Shown: piece after piece, positions 10,072 to 22,600 of the stretch
Layout: each line of letters begins with the position of its first letter
How positions within the stretch are numbered: the stretch's first letter is position 1
From: Pavona decussata
Taxonomy: Eukaryota
Assembly: GCA_977016875.1 (NCBI GenBank)
Contig: CDRNST010000007.1
Location: 3,162,001-3,226,000, forward strand
Direction: 5' to 3'
Length of the DNA: 64,000 bases
Notes under the pieces: model-generated
Databases searched by the model: none
Told to the model about the DNA's origin: nothing
The model's input: the letters and a program-made list of their open reading frames with translations, nothing else
Made by a program: the position numbers and the translations under genes

Positions 10072-13054
10072 TTAAACAAAGTAAGGAGGCTTTCTGACAG
10101 TTATTCCATATTCACTGAGTGCAGGGGTCAAGTCCTCCATGGTCAGCGTATAGCGCTTGTCCTGCAAAATACCAATATCATATGCATGAGCAGAGCTAAA
10201 GAATAAACCATTTCTGAGTTGCTTTGAACCTCATTATGAAAGAGAGCTAAGTGCAAAGTTTTTGTTACAAAAATTATTTTTCATTCATATGCAAACAAAA
10301 CTAATTTTCATATGAAAAGTTTTGCACTTAGCCTCGCTTTAATAGTGAGGTTCACAGCAACTCGGAAATGGCCTATTCTTACTATGTTTTTCAAGATCAA
10401 AGGTAAGGCTACTGGGTATTGACTGATGGACCATGCTCTGTACTAAGAAAAATTTTAAAAGCTTAAAATTTTGGTGGAAATGTCATAGTTTCTTCTGTGT
10501 CTTTTGCTACTTGGCTCCTCATATATTTATCTTTAAAACCAAAGACTACATCAGTCTGTGTCGACAAGGATTTCATTAAGATTTTGAATAGGCAGGTGAC
10601 TGATTAGCGCACTTGAGGAGGATAGTAATCTTAGATACATTCTCTTACGGGGAAAAGTTGTTTGAGATGTCAGACACAGCCAGGCAAACTTGTCAGTTTA
10701 CAGATGGTCAGTTTGCAAGGTGTCTGGCCATTAATGAAACTCCTACACCTATTACAGGTGTGACTTACTTTGCCAGATTTTCGGGAACTTTGCCCCGAAC
10801 CTCTCATCTTACAGTGCTGAAGGGCATCATTAGCAATGTCAGATACAAACTTTTGAGCAGCAAGGGAAATCATTCTCACCCTACAGGAAAACAGAAATAT
10901 ACTCATCATCAACAACACACCATTCTTCTATTGACTGGGTCAATACTGTCCTATGTTATTGTTAAGTACATCAACCAGTTATATATATATATGTGAAGTC
11001 CTTATAGGGCGTACCCCCTCCCCCAGGCTTTAAACTGGTTTGTTGGTTACACTAAATTACATGTATAGTCTAAATTGGTCAAAAATGTATGTACAAAAAT
11101 ATTTCATTCAAGCTATAACAATTCTCAATTTGTAGCTAAGAATCTGAAACATACACTCTTGGATCTGAAGAGTCAAATCCTGAACGGTTTAAATAATATG
11201 CTGTCACTGCGTCTGGTATCTGCAGAAATGAAAATAGTTTTCAGTAAAAGGAAATTAATAAATAGAGTTAACTTTCTGTTGGGTGACAGAATTACTTGTT
11301 TCCCACATAAACTAGAAATGTCAAATGTTTCAGAAGTTTTAAAATCCCAGCTAGTAAGCTGCTGACCAAGCATAGATGAAGTTAGACATTAAACATGGCC
11401 GTCACAAAAACAACCCAAGTTAGTGCTTAGAGTGGATACCAAAAACCTGAGCAAAACCCAGCACCTTCAGACTTTAAACCCTAATCACAGTCTCCAAATA
11501 AACGTAATGCTGAAATCCCATATTTTCAGTGTGGCACAGGGCTTTTGGTTACATTCTTGGCATGATTTCTGCACAACCCCAAACAATAATTATGTATACA
11601 TTTTGTGACTCACAATCTATTCATGCGCTTCATTTTTGGAAGAGGGTTAGTATGACAGTGTTGCATGCATAATGAATTACAGTTAATTCACATCACACAT
11701 GACCGGTATTCTTGAAATTTGAACGGAGTTTTGAAATTTACAGTCAGTTTTAAACATCGCCAACAAGATTTCAGAGTTCCCGTAGAAATTTCCCCAGTTT
11801 GTTGATGGTATAATACTATAAAGCTATGAATTTTTCTCTACATTACAGCATTAAGTATTAATTTTCAAGAATAACAGTTGTTTCCCAAGTATTTTGAATC
11901 TTTTTTTTTTTCTGTTAATGCATCTTTTTCGGAAAGATTTCCAGGGAAATGTTCAACATTCCATTCACATGTCGGACATTACAAAGAGAAATTTGAATGT
12001 TCACTTCATTCTTGGAAATACTGGTCACGCGTGACGTGAATTGATTGTATGTATGAGGCTGTGCAGAAATCCTTTCTCAAGCTCTAAGAGGAAATTACCC
12101 CCACCCCATTTTTCCTGTTACACAGTGTGTTCCAACACATGTAAATCAGCTAGAACAGGTGGCCGTCTATTTTGTGTTTGCTTCAACTTCCTTTTTGATG
12201 AAATACTGGATAAGGGAACCCAGTTTACAAGAATAACACCACTCATGCCAACTCTCCCGGATTATCCGGGAGTCTCCCGGATACGGAACGAATCTCCCGG
12301 TCTCCCGTACGGGTGACTAAACCTCCCGGATAAACGCGACTTGGCGTTTTATTTGCATAATAGGCTAGTATTTCAACTCAAATGTTCCATAAATTTAATA
12401 AATAATGTGTCATGGCTACATTTGCATACCTGTTTTACCCAATCCGCCACAAACTTTGACGGAAACCAAAGAAAATACGCTTTTTTTCATCATTGCAATA
12501 TAAACGACTTTCTGATTGGATAAACGTTCAACCAATTAAAGAGCAGGACAAAAAAAGCTCTAGTGTTGTGCGAATTTTGTGCCAACAAGGTGGGGGGGGG
12601 GGGGTAAGAGCATCAATTTTGCTTAGGGGGGAGGGTAAGGTTAATAACGGGGGGGGGGGGGGTGCTCAGAAGAAAAAATCTCCAGATTTCAGATCTTCAG
12701 AGGTTGGCATCTCTGTAACACACATTTAAAAACTAATTGGAATCAATGATTTATGTCTAGAAAAAAACGAAATATATTAAATCAAGAGCAAGGAAATAAT
12801 GAAAGCAATGAAACGAGGGCAAAGATCAAATTATTCACCGTTGGTGTATAGTCTTCAAGCTGTGTTAAAAATTCTGCCAGTGAAGCTCCAGCATTTCTAA
12901 CTTTAGTATCCACGTGAGACGCAGTTGCTGTGCTTGTGTTAGAAGTCGTAGATTGAGTTGTTTGTGACTGGCTATTGGGAACGCTTGTAGTAGTATTAGG
13001 CTTGCTTTGAACAGAATTGGAAACAGAAGCTGTTGTTTGTGAACCGTCCGCCAT
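10072..13054 (-). CDS. TAF10: Transcription initiation factor TFIID subunit 10, 160 aa; exons 13054-12839, 11219-11155, 10880-10769, 10161-10072
   Basis: Spliced protein contains [55 protein letters not shown]...[28 protein letters not shown], the TAF10 histone fold. Canonical splice sites and aacATGGCG start. Confidence 0.97.
10201..10378. mobile_element. Palindromic MITE in TAF10 intron 3
   Basis: gaataaaccatttctgagttgc...gcaactcggaaatggcctattc inverted termini with long complementary arms. Confidence 0.7.
12243..12716. mobile_element. Non-autonomous DNA transposon remnant in TAF10 intron 1
   Basis: Inverted ends atgccaactctc / gaggttggcat and subterminal tctcccgg repeats. Confidence 0.45.
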
Positions 13055-13628
13055 GTTTGTTGGTTGCAACTGTTCTAAGCATGCGCGCTCGTTCTACCGC
13101 AGATCGCTGCATTATGTATGTAAATCTATGCAAATTCAAACAAACATGGTGGACAGCTGAGGGCGGAATTTTCAAAGTTCTTGTCAATTCTCAGTTTTGA
13201 CATCTTTCTATGATGGAGAATTCGACTTGTTTGACCAGTACAGGAAAAAATTGTTCCTTTGGCCTCAACTGTGGGTTGCAATTTTGTAGCATCAGGTGGA
13301 TGGAACCGAAAGAAAGAACGAAAAACTTGACAAGAACGACTTGGAAGTTGGAACGCGACTCGTGGAATATCGAGGATGAATATCTATGGGTTCCGTTTCT
13401 AGACCAATATGCAGCTGCATACAAACTTACGTCAATCAATTATTTACAGTGTTTTGGTTTTTCAATAGATCACATACGCGTAGGACTGTAGGTAACTAAC
13501 GTGTAGCGAGGTAAGATGTTTCAAGAAACGCACGAACAATGAAATAATTTTCGTTCCCTTCTCTGCGCTCCTTTTCCAAAGGTTTTGGATTTCAGACAGG
13601 CTTAGGTCGTGCTAAAACACACATATAA
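13055..13628. promoter_or_regulatory. Head-to-head (bidirectional) promoter region between TAF10 and the espin-like gene
   Basis: Divergent start codons 574 bp apart. NRF1-like gcatgcgc at ~13079, GGGCGG at ~13161, CCAAT at ~13404. Confidence 0.55.
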
Positions 13629-16600
13629 ATGGTTGAAGCAGAGCGAGCGCTTATTGCAGCAAAAGAAGGCGATCTCCAAACTTTAAGATCACTGCGTCGT
13701 TCAGCCCCTTTCGCAGCAGATGGTTTTGGAGCGACGGCTCTCCATTATGCAGCAAGGACAGGACAAATGGATTGCGTCAAATGGCTGGTAGAAACCGTCG
13801 GAATTTCTTCGAATGTACGAGGAAGAAGTGGAGCTACACCCCTGCACGATGCTGCCGCACAAGGGCAACTAGACTGCGTGAAATATTTTCTTGGGAACGG
13901 TGCAGTTGATGTGGAGACGAGAGATTTATCAGGCCACACTGCACTGCATCTAGCTGCAAGATTTGGCAGATTTGAAACTGTCAAGTGGTTGATTGAGACA
14001 GGAAACAGTAACGCCAGAGCCAAGTCAAGGAATCGTATGACTCCGGTACATTTTTCTGCTTCTGGAGGCCATCTGACCTGCCTTGAATTGTTGGTTTTTA
14101 AAGCTGGATACAGGTACCTAAAAACATATATTAATTTTATTATTATATTTCCATTTTATACAACACTGCATCAACTTTTGTCTTTTATCCATTACAGTCC
14201 CAAAGAGGTTCAAGGCTCCATTTAACTAGCCACAATCAGCATTTTTGTCTGGTCTCCAAATGGATCATTGTATATGAAGTCTTTGGGTTCCATGCATATA
14301 TTACCATAAACTTTATTTTTACCCAAATTTATCCTCCTCCCCCCCCCCCCCCCCAGCCCCCTCCAACTCCCTTTGGGATCCTGACCTACAGTACCTATTG
14401 TATCATGGGTGAATGGCCTCTAATGAATTGTATGCCTACTGCTACAATACAGGGAAACTTTCTTAAAAGTAGAGATTTATATGTTGGCATAAAAGGTAAC
14501 TGCGAGTTGTCATTATATTCTCTCTTCTTTCTTTAAATACTGGTACTTCATTTCATTTGACTGTAGCAAATCCTCTTGACTGTATCTCTGTAGTTCTGTG
14601 AATGATGTTGCTACAGATGGAACCACTCCATTGTACCTTGCGGCACAAGATGGTAATTTAGACTGTCTTAAGTACTTGCACAGTGTTGGCAGCAAGTGTG
14701 ATGCTAGAGCCAGAGATGGAATGCTGCCAATACATGGTGCTGCTCAAAATGGCCATCTGGACTGCATAGGATATCTGGTGAGGAACAGATCACTTATAAT
14801 TCATTAATATTAAGAATAAACTATTCTGACTTGTGCAATAGTCTTAAATTCTTGAACTTACTCCCTTTCTATGGTAACTGGCAGGTTTTTGAAAACAGCT
14901 GGCTTTCACCTGTTAGGCATTCTTCCCACTTGTTTCTTGGAATTTTTTGACATTGACGTACATGCAGCTAGGGATAAGTCAAGCTGAATTGCACAAAAAT
15001 GTCAGTGGTTTTATATATTATGTCATAATATTTTAATAATCTTGGCCAAGTATAATTTCCGGTAGATCCCAANNNNNNNNNNNNNNNNNNNNNNNNNNNN
15101 NNNNNNNNNNNNNNNNNNNNNNNNNNNNNNNNNNNNNNNNNNNNNNNNNNNNNNNNNNNNNNNNNNNNNNNNNNNNNNNNNNNNNNNNNNNNNNNNNNNN
15201 NNNNNNNNNNNNNNNNNNNNNNNNNNNNNNNNNNNNNNNNNNNNNNNNNNATTTCACATTTAACATTCACACTTTTAATTAATTTATTAATTTTTATAAT
15301 TGAAATTTACATTCAGATTGAGAGTGGCCAGGCCAATTTGGATGAGAGAGACACAACAGGTGCCACACCTGCGCATTATGCAGCAGCACAGGGTTTGTGC
15401 AATATGCAATATTAATTTAATTTTGTGTTTGAGTGTACATTGTGTGCAGTATAAAGAATACAACTGCCAATGTGTAGGAAGAAACAGAAACACCCATAGA
15501 GTGTCTTAAAATTGTGATTTTGAGTGACATTGAGGAATTTTTACCACAATGGCGTGGTGAAGGAACAAAGCAATTAATAAATTTGTTATGGACTTATTAG
15601 AAGTTTTTTTCCAAAGTACTGTGAACAGTCCCTCTTATTTTGTTGAATCATTTAAGCAAAGAGAATCTCGGAGGGGACAAAACTACTCTGGATGCAGGGG
15701 TAGGGGCCAGTATTCAAGGTTCTCAAGTCATACTTGGGAACAGGTAATTTTTCATCACCTGTATACAACACCATCCCTGTAGCTTTGACTTTAACCACTA
15801 AACCTCATGTGAAGGATCAAAAGAATTTTGCGTGATTTCTCCACCTACATGTATTCTTGGGCCAATGGCAGAGCTAGATTTTTTTAAATTACCTTTGATG
15901 TGCCTAAGCTTCTGTTCTCATCATAGGAGGAACACAAAGAATTCATTTTTCATTGAATTTGAGAGGAACTTTCATTTGTGTTTCACTATAGGACATGTGA
16001 GTGTTTTGAAATGGCTAAATGCCAAAGGTGATATTTCATCCATTGACAAGCTTGGGGGATCACCTCTTCATGATGCAGCAGAACAGGGACAATTTGAGGT
16101 TTGTTGATCAGAAAGATGTTTACCGGTATTTCTTTCTTCTTCCCTTATAGAGACAATTATGGGGTAATACCCAACCCCTCCTCCCCCATCCCACCCCTGC
16201 CTCCTTTTTAAGGTTGCTGGAAATTTGGAGGGGAAGCGGGGGGGGGGGGGGGGGAGGGGGGTCTCTAAAACCAAACTGAAAGCTTTTAAAGGCAAATTAT
16301 CATAAACTCAAGGTAAATAAAATTGGAATTTCTAGGGGAATATGGAGTGGTGTGAAAACCAAATACCTTTCTTGCAAGGGGTATGGAGCGACAATGCTAG
16401 AATGATTGTTTGGGTGTTAAAAGAGGTTTCTTGTCATATATTTTAGTCTGGTGAAAGCATTGATGTTACATTATGTTAGGCTACAAGTTACATTATGNNN
16501 NNNNNNNNNNNNNNNNNNNNNNNNNNNNNNNNNNNNNNNNNNNNNNNNNNNNNNNNNNNNNNNNNNNNNNNNNNNNNNNNNNNNNNNNNNNNNNNNNNNN

Positions 16601-19600
16601 NNNNNNNNNNNNNNNNNNNNNNNNNNNNNNNNNNNNNNNNNNNNNNNNNNNNNNNNNNNNNNNNNNNNNNNNNNNNNNNNNNNNNNNNNNNNNNNNNNNN
16701 NNNNNNNNNNNNNNNNNNNNNNNNNNNNNNNNNNNNNNNNNNNNNATTCTATTCAGGAAATCAACTAATCAATAAAACACTAACTGAAAGAGGAAATTGT
16801 GAGGTTAACCGGCTATATATAACCCTGTAAAATTTCAACTTCCAGTCTACAAAATATAGCATATCGTACTCGCTGCTGTGGTATTTTCATCTTCCATCCC
16901 ACCCTTAAATTTTCTTCTAGAGTATGAATTCCCCTTCCTTGATACCTTTTAATTTGAGACCCACTCCATTTCTGGGCTTTTGTTATCCTGTCGGATGTTT
17001 GGTCTGTTATTGTAGTAGACAAGATATGAAATGCTGTAATAAACCTGAAAATAATAGAATGAATTACAGGCTTGTAGCAGCCCAATTCCTGTGTGGCACA
17101 TAGTTTCAAGGAACCAAAGTTTTTCAAAACTGAATGTTATGCTCAGTGTATTAGGTACCTGGTTGAAAATGCTGACTTGGATGTGAATCAGACAGACGTG
17201 GAAGGCCTGACACCATTAGCCTTGGCTGTGAAGAGTGGACACAGAAGATGCATAGATTACCTCAAGATTGCCACCTCAAAGGTATGTGTTGTTTTATATT
17301 CTCTAGGCAAGTTTGTTATGAAGCTTAAATTCACTCATCTGATAGCTGCATCAATAATTAATGTCAGTGGAGATCTGGACCTAAATTTAATGTGCCATTA
17401 AAGCTTGGCACAATGACTCATCAAATGTTCTGAATTCGGCAGATGCAGCAATTCTCTAAGTTGCATGCACTTTTAAGAGTGTGCTAGTCTAATTGAGTTC
17501 TGGATTTGCTCAGACAAAGGGCTAACGCTTGAAACGTCAGTACTTGAATCTCTTTCGTTACGGAGGCCAAATGACCTTATCAACTCTGTTGATAAACCGA
17601 ATGTTAACTGAGTTCTAGTCTGGTTAATTACTTAGCTTGGGAAAATACATCCCATTCCTTTTTTTTTTTTGGGGGGGGGGGGCAGAGTTGGGGGATGGGC
17701 CCTCTATATGACAATAATATCCCCAGAGTGGGGATGGTGGTGAATATTTACTGAGCTGCAGAGCAACAAGCTCTATATCTATCACTATTCAGATGAACCG
17801 ATACTGAGGTGAATAATTATAAATAATTATTTTAGTATAATTTATGCCATTAACCAATGGATCTATAGCCAATCATAAACCACTTTATTTTGACAAATAA
17901 TGGAAGAAAATGTGCGCATTCATTACATTACACTCGTTTCACAGCTATCATTACCATGGTACTTAAACTGAAAACAATATAACAGACCAACAAAAAGAAC
18001 ACTGTCTATAAACAAACTTAATAATAAACCAACAGAATAGACCAGCAAGAATTAGACTAAGTCATGTTTAAAACACAAGCAGCAGTGTTTTATCGGGATT
18101 TAAAACCACGAGGCGCAGCCTTGTGGTTTTAGACCCGATAAAACAAGTGCCAGAGTTTTTTGAACGGCTTCAAAAACATTCCTGGAAAAGCATGTGTCAA
18201 GAGAGTTCATAACAATGATGCTTTTGTGAACGTTGGAAATTAACATACGAAAAAAACATTAACACTGCATACTAATAAGGAGGAGGTTTTATCGGGTTTT
18301 AAAACTGCCGCACATGATGCTTTATCGACCATTTGATAGGTCAATGGGCTTATGAATTATTAATGAGTTTTTGAACTCAGTATTACAAACCCAACAGAAT
18401 TAATACATACATGTAGAATAACAAAAGGCAGAGTGGCAGTAGACTGATATGAAAATTGAACAGTAAAGCAGCAGAATACCTATTAATTACATTGGTCAGC
18501 CATTTGACATACATATGAGGTAACCAGGTCATTCTGCGTAGTATTGACTTGTTTGCCTAAACATTAAATATCATATAATTATTACAGACAAGCCTACATG
18601 TATATTTAATATATTATATTATATACACATAGGCTCATCTGTAATGATTACAGCCGTTAAATGTTTGTCAGGCAATTGACCAAACAAGCCTAAAACTATA
18701 AACCATTAACAATATGCACTTAATGTATGGTCCCTAGGGAAACAATTAGTTTTGTTTTCCCTCTAGCCCTGATGTAACTAGTTTCCTGAGGGACCGTTCA
18801 TTAAAGTGCTTTGTTTTATATATATATTTAGACTTTCCCTTCAACAATCACAGCAAAACAAACAAACAAACAAACAACTGAGAGGGCAACAACTGTGGAA
18901 TTGTATCCCGGTCGGGATACATTTGTATTTGATCAGGCGCATGTGACCAAGAATCAACCAATCACAGTACTTGTTTTGTTGAGTGAAAGTCTAGGTATAT
19001 AACAACAGGTATTATTACCTGACAAATGTTGGAATGAAATTATAACCCAGCAAAAATAAGATTAACAACAAATTTAAACAAACAGGATTTTTGGACTGAC
19101 AATAAACTAACAACAGTGACCAAGATTAACAATAGAGCAACAACAAATGACAACGTCACATCAGACTAATTATGAATAATGAGATTTTGATTCTTCACGG
19201 TGAAAACATCCTGACTCAATTTTATCAGAGAGTTGTCACCATTAAAGAGCAAGGAACTTGTCACTTTAAATACATGTAACAATTTGGATGACATCTGCAC
19301 AGTTCGTGGAATCTACAGTGACTGACAATGCAACTGTCACCTGGACAATCACAAGAAATGAATCATTCATCATCATTTAATGATTCTTCATTTTGTGTTA
19401 TAATTTACACAACTGATCTTTATTTTCCAGAACTTTTGTTATGTTTTCAATTGTGTTCCGTTGACAATCAACAGGCAACAAAGCCACATCACAAATCAAC
19501 AGCAAAACAACAGTAGCTGCTGTTTAATAGCAAGAGACAACAAAGTTAAGTTTTTCTTTGTTCTGCACATGCACTTGTAACACAGAGCTGGAACATTTGA

Positions 19601-22600
19601 AGAGGCTCAAGTGAAAGAATCTCTCTTTTCATTTATACTGTTATATTTAAATAAAAAAATAACCTTGAATAAACAGAGAGCTGTGGGTCTCTTAGCTTCA
19701 TTTTTTTTCCTCACCACTTTAACTTCCTCTTAAATATTAAACTTCCATTTAAGGCATATCAAAATGTGGAATTTCACTTTCGGTGGGATACAATACCATG
19801 TGAGATCAGAGACTGGGGAAAGTATAGTTGTGACGCCTATACAGGATCATTGCTTCCGCAATGCCTGTATCCCTCAGCTGTTTCATTGTTTAACAATCCC
19901 AGTTGTAATTTCGTCCACACAGTTTTCATCCTCCCACACATGAAAAACAACTTAGAAACAGAGAAACTGTGAATTTAGTGATCCTGTATTGATATCACAG
20001 CCCTACTATCTCCAGTCTCCAATCTTGCATGGTATTCAATTGCATCCCAAATAGACTGTTCACAGTCCCCCTATTTTCCCGTGGGATTCTCGAAACCGGT
20101 ACGGTTCGATGGAGCTGCCGCCATCTTGGTAGTTTAGACACTCTCCCCAGATCGCGCTCGCTTTTACAAACCAAGATGGCGGCGGTTCCATAGAAGCGTA
20201 CCGGTCTCGAGAATCCCACGAAAAAATAGGGGGACTGTGAACAGTCTACATCCCAAACGGAAGAGAAATTTCACGTTTTTTTATGTCTCAAACTTAACAG
20301 GGATAATATTTTTCAATACATGAAGATTTGATCAAGCAAATAAGAAAAAATAAAATACACTTTAAACTGATTTGGGTATAGAGTATGATCAATCTAAAAA
20401 TTTTTGATATTGAATAATTAAAGATATTGTGTATTAGTTTGCAATAATGTTTGACCAATGAATTTTAATTGTATCATTTTGATATTGTTCGAAAAAGCTT
20501 GTAATAAAAATAATTTTACTTTCATTAAAATGTGTAATTTGCCATTTTGAAAGTGTATGAGCCAGGGTGTTTTCAATGTAAATAAAAGCTATTTAAAGTA
20601 ATGCATGGAAGTTTTAATCATTTATTGTCATTGTAATGTTCTTAATTTATTTTATGTTTTTATGTTTTATTTTTTATGCGAAAAATCCTCACGTTTGCGG
20701 ACTAAGGTGAATCTAAATCTCATTCCCGTAAGTTTTAGCAATGGTGATATAATCAATCTGCTTGCACAATGCAATCTGTTTAAAACACAAAGCTACACTT
20801 TTACAAGGGAGTAATTGCTCTTCTATTAATCTTAACTAAAAATATAATATTAGTAACCAATAATAATCACAGATTAGGGAGTGCCATATACCCGTCCCAA
20901 GATCCATTTATTCATTCAACGTTGTCCCATACAATCTCAACTCCAAGCTGTGTTAAGCCCTGGTCAAACGGTGATGATTGTTGATGATTGTTGGAACGCG
21001 TGCTCTCGTTTGACCACCAACTATCACGCGCAATCATCGACAATCACGCAGTTTGAGCGTGTTAAAATTCTTCATGATTGCTGATAATAGTTTTCCTTGT
21101 TTGACCACCCGCATGATTGTTGAGGATAGTTTTTCGGTCAGCTGTTTCGAGATTGAGATTAATATTTTGCTTTTGTCACTCTATGCTGTTTCTTAATTAT
21201 CTTTTTGGTGAGCTCACTAAACTATCAAACTATCATCAACAATCATGCGGGTGATCAAACGAGGAAAACTATCATCAACAATCATGAAGAATTTGAACAC
21301 GCTCAAACTGCGTGATTGTCGATGATTACGCGTGATAGTTGGTGGTCAAACGAGAGCACGCGTTCCAACAATCATCAACAATCATCACCGTTTGACCAGG
21401 GCTTTAGGAGTGCGTTCTTTTTACATCGAATGCAATTATAATAAACTTAAGGTCAATGGGAAAATCCACAGACTGAATTGGAATTTAGAAATGGTGGTTT
21501 TGACGAGGGAGGAAAGCAGAGAACCTGGAGAAAACCCCTTAGAATGAGAATCAACAATGAGCTCAACCCACATGACATCAACTCAGGGAGTCTGCCATAC
21601 TGCTGGGAGGCAAGAGCTCAAGCTAATGCACCACCTCTCTTCCCTAATAGTATTTAGGCCTATAAGCACTTAAAAATAACTAAATAAGATAGACATAATA
21701 AGTAGACGTTTGTATGCGTTTAGTATGGCTTGTACATTAGCGGTCAGAGAGTTGATTTATCATTATAGCTTGAGATTTATCATTATAGCTTGAGGCCAAA
21801 AATCTGCAAACTTGTTAGAAATATTTTGAAGTTGAAACGTGTTTGAAGAAATCTTTTGGCAATATCGTCTCCAAAAGAAACTCTTAGGTCGTTATAAACC
21901 CTGGCTGTTACCAAACTCAGTGTCAGCATGTGGTCGGTTTGGCGTGATTCTTTGAAAAGCTTCTGAGCGTATTAGACCACAACTGTGTATAACAGCTATA
22001 GAAAGTCGATGGGATTCACCAAATGCTGGGATAAGGTGATAATCGTGAAGTTTTTCACATAACGTGTCGATAAAAGATTGATGGTTCCATCTTTGTGTGC
22101 AGTACTGGTTTTGTCTGTCTAGCCTGGTGTTTTAATGTACACCATCAAAAGCTCGGAAAACTTTGACTGAAAACCCCTACAGAGGGAAATAGTAATACTT
22201 TACATTTCTTTTTTAAATGCTTATATTTTGTTTAATATTGCATGTGCATGAGGCTGACTTTTTCTATTTCAGAAACTTCCCCAAACTTGAGCCGAGCAGG
22301 ACTTGAAATGATTCTTAAATTTGTTAGTGTCATAAAAAGTTTTATCAGAGTGGTTTTCAATTGAGTGTCGTAAAACTAAAGATGACCAATCACAGTCGAC
22401 GTAGAAAAACAATGAACCAATCAGAACTGGAAACAAATTCATGTAACCGGCGCCAAGCGCGGGAAAACGGGTGCGAGCACGTTACGATTGGTTTTGGTTT
22501 TCTTCTCATTGGTTGAAAAAGTGGCGCGCGTTTTGCCAACCAATCACAGAGCGTAGTAAAGCAAAACCCAAGTAAAGGCAAATTGCCGACGATACTCAAT

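Noticed and set aside
14968-16830. Long ORFs containing X runs
   Set aside because: Artefacts of the two N gaps.
17505-17545. Hammerhead-like motif as an active ribozyme (also ~63535-63570)
   Set aside because: Catalytic core mutated (CAGACAA; CTTACGA...CAAG). Treated as decayed repeat only.
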